A stretch of 19,777 nt of DNA from a virus (Duplodnaviria; Heunggongvirae; Uroviricota; Caudoviricetes). The DNA lies in IMG/VR virus record IMGVR_UViG_2850808358_000001; one strand, given 5' to 3'. This document shows positions 1-6,872 of this stretch, piece after piece; position 1 is the stretch's first letter, and each line of letters starts with the position of its first letter. Below the pieces are notes generated by a model that did no database searches, was not told the DNA's origin, and saw only the letters and a program-made list of their open reading frames with translations. Both the position numbers and the translations under genes were made by a program.

Positions 1-303
1 ATGAGCAGAAAAACCCAACGTTACTCTAAAGAGTTCAAAGCCGAAGCTGTCAGAACGGTTCTTGAAAATCAACTTTCGATCAGTGAAGGCGCTTCCCGAT
101 TATCCCTTCCTGAAGGCACTTTAGGACAATGGGTTACCGCCGCCAGAAAAGGGCTCGGTACTCCTGGTTCCCGCACGGTGGCTGAACTGGAATCTGAAAT
201 TCTGCAACTGCGTAAGGCGTTAAATGAAGCTCGCCTTGAGCGAGATATATTAAAAAAAGCAACAGCGTATTTTGCACAGGAGTCGCTGAAAAATACGCGT
301 TAA
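1..303 (+). CDS. IS3-family transposase OrfA (HTH DNA-binding part)
   Basis: 100-aa [23 protein letters not shown]...; typical IS3 OrfA with HTH and leucine-zipper-like C-terminus; A7G slippery run at 252..259 near its 3' end. Confidence 0.9.
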   Translation: MSRKTQRYSKEFKAEAVRTVLENQLSISEGASRLSLPEGTLGQWVTAARKGLGTPGSRTVAELESEILQLRKALNEARLERDILKKATAYFAQESLKNTR

Positions 304-338
304 TCGAACAATGGCGACAACAATTTCCCATTGAAGCG

Positions 339-1157
339 ATGTGTCAGGTATTTGGTGTATCCAGGAGCGGTTATTACAACCGGGTACAGCATGAACCCTC
401 AGACAGAAAACAAAGTGATGAGCGGCTAAAACTGGAGATTAAGGTGGCACATATCCGCACTCGCGAAACATATGGAACCCGGCGGCTCCAGACGGAGCTG
501 GCAGAGAATGGCATCATCGTTGGTCGTGACCGACTGGCACGTCTTCGTAAGGAGCTAAGGCTACGCTGTAAGCAGAAACGCAAGTTCAGAGCGACTACGA
601 ACCCGAACCACAATCTGCCAGTTGCGCCAAATCTGCTGAACCAGACGTTCGCTCCTACAGCACCAAATCAGGTCTGGGTGGCGGACCTGACGTATGTTGC
701 CACACAGGAGGGATGGTTGTACCTCGCTGGCATCAAAGATGTTTATACGTGCGAAATTGTCGGCTACGCCATGGGAGAGCGCATGACAAAAGAGCTGACA
801 GGTAAAGCCCTGTTTATGGCGCTCAGGAGCCAGCGCCCACCTGCCGGGCTAATCCACCACTCTGATCGAGGTTCACAGTACTGCGCATACGATTACCGGG
901 TCATACAGGAGCAGTTTGGTCTGAAAACATCAATGTCGCGTAAAGGTAACTGTTACGACAACGCTCCGATGGAAAGCTTCTGGGGAACGCTGAAAAATGA
1001 GAGCCTGAGCCACTATCGTTTTAATAACCGGGATGAAGCCATCTCAGTAATACGGGAATACATTGAGATTTTCTACAATCGTCAGCGTCGTCACTCTCGT
1101 CTGGGGAATATCTCCCCGGCAGCCTTCAGGGAAAAATATCATCAGATGGCTGCTTAA
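339..1157 (+). CDS. IS3-family transposase OrfB (DDE catalytic domain), probably made as an OrfAB fusion by -1 frameshift
   Basis: 272-aa ORF; the -1 frame is open from the A7G motif (252..259) into this ORF; the ...HHSDRGSQY...YDNAPMESFWGTLK... region fits a DDE integrase-type core. Confidence 0.9.
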   Translation: MCQVFGVSRSGYYNRVQHEPSDRKQSDERLKLEIKVAHIRTRETYGTRRLQTELAENGIIVGRDRLARLRKELRLRCKQKRKFRATTNPNHNLPVAPNLLNQTFAPTAPNQVWVADLTYVATQEGWLYLAGIKDVYTCEIVGYAMGERMTKELTGKALFMALRSQRPPAGLIHHSDRGSQYCAYDYRVIQEQFGLKTSMSRKGNCYDNAPMESFWGTLKNESLSHYRFNNRDEAISVIREYIEIFYNRQRRHSRLGNISPAAFREKYHQMAA

Positions 1158-1200
1158 AAAAAGAACAAATGGTAGTGTCCGCTATTGCCAGTACACCTCA

Positions 1201-1320
1201 AAGTGCAAGCTGGTTCTTTAGTTTTGTTACTTCTTCAAGTTCAGTGAACACCCCGGACTTAATTAAAGCGTTACGAGCGATTGTCTCTTTCATTCTCGTT
1301 GTTAAGCGGATTGATGACAT
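1201..1320 (-). pseudogene. 5' portion of a hypothetical phage gene, 3'-truncated by IS600 copy 1
   Basis: ATG at 1320..1318 preceded by GAGAGG SD; reading frame MSSIRLTTRMKETIARNALIKSGVF... runs straight into the IS terminus, which supplies the stop codon. Confidence 0.4.
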
Positions 1321-1499
1321 ATTAATTCCTCTCAAATAAGTGGTTTGCTGCCTGATTTCATTTTCTGGCGACCAACACAAGTCACCCCCATTTCACTGCG
1401 TGGCTTGCGGTAGTAAAGATTGTGCCTGTCTTTTAACCACATCAGGCTCGGTGGTTCCTTCACTTTCCACAGTCAAAGGAAAGGAAGGTTCAGCGGCTG

Positions 1500-1916
1500 C
1501 TATTGAGGTGCTGGAAGTTCAGAAACCGATTTATCAAATGCTTTTCGCTCACGTGAAATAGTTTCTGCCTGATTAATCATTACCTGAGCCTGCTGGCGAA
1601 CAGCTTCACTGGCAGGCTCTTTTGTTAAGAGCTGTGTAAAACCCGCGATAATGTTGCTGGCTAACATCTCAAACCGTTTTTTCTGAATATCTCTTGATTC
1701 TTCATCAATTGGTGGTTCACTATTGCTTAGTGCCGTTACATATACGCGAATTGCCGCTGACCGGACATCATCAGGAAGATGATCAAATGTACTGGCTCTT
1801 GTTTTTACAAGTTCGACAATATTTGCCTTCTTAATATCTTCAGTTTTTTCATCAAGTACTGAGATAAAATTTTTTACTGATGCTTCTAATAACGCTTCTA
1901 ATTTATTTAAATCCAT
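1500..1916 (-). CDS. hypothetical early-left protein (138 aa)
   Basis: ORF MDLNKLEALLEASVKNF...; GAGG SD 8 nt upstream of ATG at 1916; lies directly downstream of the N-like gene; no family recognised. Confidence 0.5.
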   Translation of the reverse strand: MDLNKLEALLEASVKNFISVLDEKTEDIKKANIVELVKTRASTFDHLPDDVRSAAIRVYVTALSNSEPPIDEESRDIQKKRFEMLASNIIAGFTQLLTKEPASEAVRQQAQVMINQAETISRERKAFDKSVSELPAPQ

Positions 1917-1918
1917 AA

Positions 1919-2302
1919 TTACCTCGCTGTCAGTTGTTTTGATTTCCGGTAGCCTGCCGCGTAAATGGCTACGTTTGGAAGACATACACCAGTTTCTGGT
2001 TGCTTATGTCCAAACTCATTCGCGTACACAATGGCCGCTCGCTCCAGATTGCGTCTGTATTCTTTCTGTTGCCAGATCACGTCCTGTGCCATGAACTTAA
2101 TTGGCTTAGCGTCTTCTATGCGCTCAGGCGTTTCGTGAGTACCTTTAGCCTGAATCTGCGCTCTGCTTAGAGTAGGGCGGTGTAATACTTCTGAACTTAT
2201 TGCTTCTTCGCGGGCCAGCACGCCGTTAGCTAATGCCTTTGCCTTTAAACGCTCACGACGACGAGAACGTGAATTGCCTTTGAACTGAGTTCTGCGTGTC
2301 AT
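1919..2302 (-). CDS. N: N-like transcription antitermination protein (P22 gp24 type)
   Basis: Arg-rich N-terminus (MTRRTQFKGNSRSRRRERLK) resembling an arginine-rich RNA-binding motif; C-terminus ...IYAAGYRKSKQLTAR resembles P22 gene 24 protein as I recall it; AGGAGG SD 6 nt upstream; nutL boxB sits 165 nt upstream. Confidence 0.7.
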   Translation of the reverse strand: MTRRTQFKGNSRSRRRERLKAKALANGVLAREEAISSEVLHRPTLSRAQIQAKGTHETPERIEDAKPIKFMAQDVIWQQKEYRRNLERAAIVYANEFGHKQPETGVCLPNVAIYAAGYRKSKQLTAR

Positions 2303-2467
2303 ATAGACCTCCTGATGAACTTTGGTGGTGTGGTAGGTGGGAGACCCATTTTGACCTGTTTCGGCCTACTTCAATTCGGCAATAGTCCCGCAGGCCTCGC
2401 CGCTTTACGTGCGACATATTCCCGTCCATGAACCCTTCACCACACCCCAAAGTTCACTTTGGTTATT

Positions 2468-2482
2468 GCGCTTTGTCAGCGC
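2468..2482 (-). promoter_or_regulatory. nutL boxB hairpin
   Basis: Minus strand reads GCGCTGACAAAGCGC, a 5-bp stem with GACAA-type loop, between OL/pL and N; same core as the nutR boxB at 5291..5305. Confidence 0.7.
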
Positions 2483-2553
2483 CGTAGATTCATATTCGAA
2501 TCGTTGTATATTCACCGCCCTGGTGAGTAGTGCGTCCTGCTGATGGCTTAAAG

Positions 2554-2640
2554 ATAACCTAGGTTATAGCGGCGGTCAATAACTTAATTTATGGATTCTG
2601 ATAAATAAGTTATAAGTGATGGATAATAAAGGTATTTTAT
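2554..2640. promoter_or_regulatory. OL operator cluster / pL promoter region
   Basis: Palindrome ATAACCTAGGTTAT (2554..2567) plus related ATAA-rich repeats; same ATAAC-N4-GTTAT architecture as the OR sites at 4929..4991. Confidence 0.5.
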
Positions 2641-2751
2641 TTTTGTAAATGTTGCGGATTGGTCGGTATTGGAAGGGGGGCGCTGTATTGCTGGCGTGTT
2701 GGTTCGTGGTTTACCGCATTTGCGGCTGTTAAATATGGGGGACGATCGCGA

Positions 2752-2790
2752 GGCAAAGAAAACCCGGCGCGGAAGCCGGGTTTGAGATTT
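2752..2790. terminator. bidirectional intrinsic terminator-like hairpin
   Basis: CCCGGC-GCGGAA-GCCGGG hairpin (2763..2780) flanked by A-run on one side and TTTGAGATTT on the other; follows the stop of the 44-aa ORF on the - strand. Confidence 0.5.
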
Positions 2791-2798
2791 AGTTATTT

Positions 2799-2933
2799 TC
2801 AGCAGCTCGGATAAGAGCGGAAGTGCTGACGAACATGTTCGAGCTCACCGAAACGTATGCGGCAGTAACTGCGCACATAAACCGGCTTGTCGTGTTCGTA
2901 GATGAAGTCATCGCGATTAACATCGTGAGCCAT
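2799..2933 (-). CDS. small hypothetical protein (44 aa, His/Cys-containing)
   Basis: Not in the ORF track (below 60 aa); ATG 2933 with AGGAGA SD 6 nt upstream; translation MAHDVNRDDFIYEHDKPVYVRSYCRIRFGELEHVRQHFRSYPSC; followed by a terminator. Confidence 0.45.
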   Translation of the reverse strand: MAHDVNRDDFIYEHDKPVYVRSYCRIRFGELEHVRQHFRSYPSC

Positions 2934-3082
2934 AGCTTTTCTCCTGTTTTTGTATACAGCCTGTTTACCCGAACAGGTTGTAGTTTGTTGGGAGAACCGC
3001 TATCCTTGGCTTGCGGTTGCCAAGGGTGTAGCGGTAGGTAATCCTCCATACACTTCGGAAATACTGGATATATTTCCGACCC

Positions 3083-3117
3083 AAAAAGCCCCGTTCCCTC
3101 GGGGCTTTATTCTTTTG
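3083..3117. terminator. bidirectional rho-independent terminator
   Basis: GCCCCG-TTCCCT-CGGGGC hairpin (3088..3105) flanked by AAAAA upstream and TTTATTCTTTTG downstream; abuts the stop codon (3107) of the 177-aa gene. Confidence 0.6.
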
Positions 3118-3640
3118 TTCCGCCATCAATCATCGCAAAAGATTCCACAATCAGACTGATACGCTTGGCTTCATCTTTTGTCAGGTCGCGAGGCAGGTTG
3201 CCAATGGTGACGATAAGATCTCCGCGCAATGGAATCGGCAGTTCAAATGTTTTTACACCAACCTGTACGTCAGCTACCGCCTTCTTCTTAGGTGCCATCT
3301 TTTTACGCTCCTTTTTTTTATTTACATCACCAACTGACACATTAATCTCACCATTCTGGTAGGAGATAAATTTATCAATAGCACTTTGCATTCGGCTTTT
3401 GTATGCCTGCAAAGATGATTCAGAGGGTTTGCTTTCTGCTGAGTCTGCGTACGAACTTGCTAAGTTGGCAACGCTATAATCACGGATATCGGCATCGGTG
3501 AAATCCGACCCAAGAACAGTAAGAAGGCGCAGGGAAGAGTCACGGAGATTGCGGGCTGTAGCATCATTGACGATACCAAGCTCAGGAAGCATCTGTAAGA
3601 AGTCCTGAAATGCTTTGATGGTGTAGCTTTTGGTTTGCAT
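3107..3640 (-). CDS. hypothetical protein (177 aa) in the cI-linked accessory slot
   Basis: ORF MQTKSYTIKAFQDFLQMLPELGIV...; two segments separated by a Lys-rich linker (KKKERKKMAPKKKA); no family recognised. Confidence 0.6.
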   Translation of the reverse strand: MQTKSYTIKAFQDFLQMLPELGIVNDATARNLRDSSLRLLTVLGSDFTDADIRDYSVANLASSYADSAESKPSESSLQAYKSRMQSAIDKFISYQNGEINVSVGDVNKKKERKKMAPKKKAVADVQVGVKTFELPIPLRGDLIVTIGNLPRDLTKDEAKRISLIVESFAMIDGGTKE

Positions 3641-3667
3641 AAAAAAGCCTCATACAGTTGATGAGGC
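3641..3667 (-). terminator. hairpin plus U-tract immediately upstream of the 177-aa gene; the 3' arm contains its SD
   Basis: Minus strand GCCTCAT-CAACTGT-ATGAGGC followed by TTTTTT and then ATG (3640); the GAGG in the 3' arm is the only SD-like sequence for this gene. Confidence 0.4.
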
Positions 3668-3829
3668 AATACTAATTTGATCGTCAAAACAAATCAAGAC
3701 CCAAGAAACGATCGTTGATTCCTTTCTTTGTGACAATACAGTCAAATCAAGTTTTACAAGGATTACTTTTCTTCGATTACATTAAAGGCCGCACTTCTGC
3801 GACCATCCATCACCAAAATGTCTCTTCAC

Positions 3830-4171
3830 TCATCCGAAGAAGCAGCAATCCGGGTCAGCACGCACAAGCTCAAGCGCATCAGTCAGCGAAAGTTCAGTAC
3901 TGTACTGATGCCATTTCATATCCTTCCGCATCCAATAGATTTTCCATCTATCCAGAGAACGTATGTACTTGATTCTTGCTGATGGCAGGATGTTTGTTTC
4001 ACCTGGGTTGCCCTGCCACACGGGGCGCTGTTCGCCGATATCTATCGTTTGGTCATTGATGCTATAAACAATATCCAGTTCATTGCGGATATGTTCAGGC
4101 GGCCTTATGCTTTCAATGAATTGGTGAACTTCTTTTTTGACCGCTTGATATTCAAGGTCAGTGAACGCCAT
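3830..4171 (-). CDS. hypothetical protein (113 aa) immediately downstream of cI
   Basis: ORF MAFTDLEYQAVKKEVHQFIESIRPPEH...; starts 38 bp after the cI stop on the same strand, so probably co-transcribed with cI; followed by an imperfect hairpin (3788..3805). Confidence 0.6.
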   Translation of the reverse strand: MAFTDLEYQAVKKEVHQFIESIRPPEHIRNELDIVYSINDQTIDIGEQRPVWQGNPGETNILPSARIKYIRSLDRWKIYWMRKDMKWHQYSTELSLTDALELVRADPDCCFFG

Positions 4172-4208
4172 CTATCCTCCTCACCCAAACGTTTCTTCAG
4201 GCCACTGG

Positions 4209-4916
4209 TTACCAGCTATGCGATGACCAGAATACTCTGCCAATAATCCTTACGGTTTTATGAAATTCATCTCTATCCATTACTTCATCCGGGTACTCTT
4301 CGCGATTTATTGATCTGATTATCACCGATGTAGGAGTGGCGATTAATGTTTTTACTCGCAACAAATCAGACTGGCAAATAGCGTAGGTTTTACCATCTCT
4401 GATGGTGGTATCTTGTGTGTTAACACCAACAACATCGCCATCGTGAAGAGTTGGTTCCATGCTTTGACCTGTTACCCTTACCAGCTTGGCAGAACTTTCA
4501 GTTACCCCCATCTTTTTCAGATAGTACTTTCTGAAAACCAAAGAGAACTCTGATGATTCTTCTATCTCGCAGCTACCGCTTCCAGCCGAAAGCGAAACGT
4601 TAAGAAGAGGCAATGCGACAAACTCGTCATCGTTTTTTTTAATGTCTTCCCATACCACAGCTTTTAAAGATGACTCACGGATATTGGATGGTTCTTCATG
4701 TGTACCATCCCTCATTTCACCAATACCAGAACTAAGCCATTCAGGGCGTACTTTTAAAGCATTAGCTAACTCAACCATCTTGCGAGATCCGTTTGTTTTA
4801 CCGGATGACATCTTCTGTATGGCTGGCTGAGATATTCCAACCATGTCCGCAAGCTGTGATTGCGACACCCCTGCCGATCTCATGGCTGCATTTAGTCTTT
4901 CTGCGAATGTTTTCAT
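4209..4916 (-). CDS. cI: CI-like prophage repressor (HTH plus S24 LexA-like autopeptidase domain)
   Basis: HTH (QSQLADMVGISQPAIQKM), Ala-Gly cleavage site (LSAGSG), Ser nucleophile motif GQSMEPT and downstream Lys; ATG at 4916 with no SD (leaderless-type start); the ORF track begins earlier at a TTG inside the operator. Confidence 0.85.
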   Translation of the reverse strand: MKTFAERLNAAMRSAGVSQSQLADMVGISQPAIQKMSSGKTNGSRKMVELANALKVRPEWLSSGIGEMRDGTHEEPSNIRESSLKAVVWEDIKKNDDEFVALPLLNVSLSAGSGSCEIEESSEFSLVFRKYYLKKMGVTESSAKLVRVTGQSMEPTLHDGDVVGVNTQDTTIRDGKTYAICQSDLLRVKTLIATPTSVIIRSINREEYPDEVMDRDEFHKTVRIIGRVFWSSHSW

Positions 4917-4927
4917 ATCCACAAATC

Positions 4928-5004
4928 TATAACTACGGTTATCCAAAGTAAAATAATAAAGGTTATTGCTATCTTTTATAACTTGGGTTATCCTTGGTTA
5001 TAAG
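4928..5004. promoter_or_regulatory. OR operator cluster with divergent pRM/pR promoters
   Basis: Palindromes ATAACTACGGTTAT (4929..4942) and ATAACTTGGGTTAT (4979..4991) plus related half-sites between divergent cI and cro. Confidence 0.6.
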
Positions 5005-5027
5005 TAATGGCTGAAAGAGGTATGCTC

Positions 5028-5252
5028 ATGAATTTAGTAATTCAACGAGCCTTGAAGATTGTCGGTAGTCAAAAGCGGCTTGCCGACAAGTGTGGTGTAA
5101 CGCAGCCAGCAGTACACAAATGGCTGAAAGGCGGGCAGGTTTCTCCAGAGAAAGTTACCGCCATCGTTAACGCCACTGGAGGGCAGATCAAGGCTTACGA
5201 AATTCGCCCAGATTTACCACACCTGTTTCCAAAACCGAATCAGGCAGCATAA
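5028..5252 (+). CDS. cro: Cro-like repressor (HTH)
   Basis: 75-aa ORF MNLVIQRALKIVGSQKRLADKCGVTQPAVHKWLKGG...; AGAGG SD 7 nt upstream of ATG 5028; divergent from cI across the operators. The ORF track starts at 5007, but that ATG lacks an SD. Confidence 0.65.
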   Translation: MNLVIQRALKIVGSQKRLADKCGVTQPAVHKWLKGGQVSPEKVTAIVNATGGQIKAYEIRPDLPHLFPKPNQAA

Positions 5253-5259
5253 GTAACAC

Positions 5260-5305
5260 CGCTATTTTCACAATGGGCATTCGTCCTACGTCGCTGACAA
5301 AGCGA
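5260..5305 (+). promoter_or_regulatory. nutR (boxA-like CGCTATTTT at 5260..5268; boxB TCGCTGACAAAGCGA at 5291..5305)
   Basis: boxA/boxB arrangement directly downstream of cro; boxB core CGCTGACAAAGCG is identical to nutL. Confidence 0.65.
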
Positions 5306-5390
5306 GCCCCAAGATATCTGACCAACTAAGGCCATATGCGTTTCCATGCATACCTTTCAACTAACTATTCACTATTGGAAATCTTAAGAA

Positions 5391-5690
5391 ATGGAACAAA
5401 CAAGTTACAGCAAACTATCACAGCGCGACGTTGATCGCGCAGAAACAGATTTACTTATCAACCTGTCAACGCTTACACAGCGCGGTCTGGCAAAGATGAT
5501 TGGCTGCCATGAATCGAAGATCAGTCGTACCGACTGGCGGTTTATTGCTTCGGTCTTGTGTGCTTTCGGAATGGCATCAGACATCAGTCCGATTAGCAGG
5601 GCTTTTAAGTATGCGCTTGATGGACTCACCAATAAAAAACGCCCGGTGTGCAAAACCGAGCGTTCTGAACAAATCCAGATGGAATTTTAA
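5391..5690 (+). CDS. cII: CII-like transcriptional activator
   Basis: C-terminus LTNKKRPVCKTERSEQIQMEF closely matches lambda CII C-terminus as I recall it; HTH region present; position after nutR. Confidence 0.85.
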   Translation: MEQTSYSKLSQRDVDRAETDLLINLSTLTQRGLAKMIGCHESKISRTDWRFIASVLCAFGMASDISPISRAFKYALDGLTNKKRPVCKTERSEQIQMEF

Positions 5691-5712
5691 CAACATCCAA
5701 CGAGGTAATTAT

Positions 5713-5985
5713 ATGCGAAACAAAGGCTTTAATCCACCTGATACACACAAAGAAGCTAAGCGTTTGCGCTTCCTTCGTTCCATTGATGAAAGAACTCAAA
5801 TCTCTTTTGTGAAAGTTGCCAGAACTGAGCTTCTGAAAGCTGAGGCGAGGGCATTGCTCCCGTCTCTACCAAAAGAGGAGGGATATACGTTCATTCCAAA
5901 CGCATTTCTGGAAAAGCTGCTCAAAGAAGACATATCCGTAAGTCAGTTTAACGATGTTCTTAAGGTCTTTCGTCAAGGCAGGTAG
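5713..5985 (+). CDS. hypothetical protein (90 aa) between cII and the replication genes
   Basis: ORF MRNKGFNPPDTHKEAKRLRF...; GAGG SD 7 nt upstream of ATG 5713; stop overlaps the start of the next gene. Confidence 0.5.
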   Translation: MRNKGFNPPDTHKEAKRLRFLRSIDERTQISFVKVARTELLKAEARALLPSLPKEEGYTFIPNAFLEKLLKEDISVSQFNDVLKVFRQGR

Positions 5986-5987
5986 TG

Positions 5988-6872
5988 ATGAGCAATACAG
6001 CAAAAATCTACGATTTCAGCGCCGCACACGAGCGCAGGAGCAACAGGATGGAGAACCAGAAAACTGGTTACATTCCGTTGTACCGGAGCATTCTGAAACA
6101 GTCATGGGCGAAAGATGTTTATCTTCGCACCCTGTGGGAAAACCTTCTCCTGAATGCTGCCAGAAAGCCATACAAAGCGAATTTCAAAGGTCATGAATGG
6201 CATGTGCAACCCGGTCAACTGGTTGTGACAGCAGCTGATTTAGGTCTTCAGTTATGCGACAGGCATGGCAAGCCAGCAAGCCGTGATCAGGTTGAGCGGA
6301 TGCTTCAGGTTTTTGTGAAAGAGGGGATGATCTCCATTGATGGAGAGAAGCAAAAAGGTCGTGTGATCACCATCACAAATTACCATGAATATGCTCAAAA
6401 AATGGACAATTCACCCGCACATGAAGCCGCACAAACAACCGCACATCATGAACAAGAAGGTATTAACAAGAATATAAATAATATCTCTAATACTGACGTA
6501 TTAGAGAGTGCCACAGCAGACAAAAAGTCTGACAAGAAAAAACCTTCCGTTAGCTGTCAGGATGTTGTCGATGCTTACCACGAAATCCTTCCTGAAGCGC
6601 CAAGAATCCGCGCACTGAATGACAAGCGTAAAAACCAGATCCGAACGTTCTGGCGCAAAGCCGGAGTGATAACCCGCCAGCTTGACGGGCATGGGTTCAC
6701 GATGCAGGACTGGAGAAATTATTTGAGCTACGTAGGCGAAAATTGCCGATGGATGTTCGAAGAGCGCCCAAACCATCAGCGCGGAACCGTCTGGCACAAA
6801 AAGGGATTTGATTACCTGCTTAACGATAATACCTACCTGAAAGTTCGTGAGGGTGAACACGATGACCGATAA
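5988..6872 (+). CDS. replication initiation protein (O-like / P22 gene 18-like)
   Basis: 294-aa ORF directly upstream of and overlapping the DnaB-like helicase gene; position and size fit an initiator protein; family assignment from memory only. Confidence 0.7.
   Translation: MSNTAKIYDFSAAHERRSNRMENQKTGYIPLYRSILKQSWAKDVYLRTLWENLLLNAARKPYKANFKGHEWHVQPGQLVVTAADLGLQLCDRHGKPASRDQVERMLQVFVKEGMISIDGEKQKGRVITITNYHEYAQKMDNSPAHEAAQTTAHHEQEGINKNINNISNTDVLESATADKKSDKKKPSVSCQDVVDAYHEILPEAPRIRALNDKRKNQIRTFWRKAGVITRQLDGHGFTMQDWRNYLSYVGENCRWMFEERPNHQRGTVWHKKGFDYLLNDNTYLKVREGEHDDR

Larger units (their letters stand above)
1..1200 (+). mobile_element. IS3-family insertion sequence (IS600-like), copy 1; left ~63 bp lie outside the window
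   Basis: Identical to the complete copies at 10750..12013 and 18346..19608 apart from a point difference; ends ...CCAGTACACCTCA at 1200, the shared right terminus of all three copies. Confidence 0.85.

Noticed and set aside
134-613. Antisense ORFs inside IS600 (134..331, 374..613, and equivalents in copies 2 and 3)
   Set aside because: They lie entirely antisense to the transposase genes, have no SD, and recur only because the IS is repeated; most likely spurious.
2483-2530. nutL boxA upstream of boxB
   Set aside because: No CGCTCTTTA-like sequence at the expected distance; the nearest match (CGCTATAAC) is about 85 nt upstream and overlaps the OL operator, so it is not called.
4944-4946. 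CI start at the ORF-track position 4946 (MDNRSY...)
   Set aside because: That start is a TTG inside the operator palindrome; ATG 4916 gives a typical leaderless CI with the HTH at residues ~16..35.
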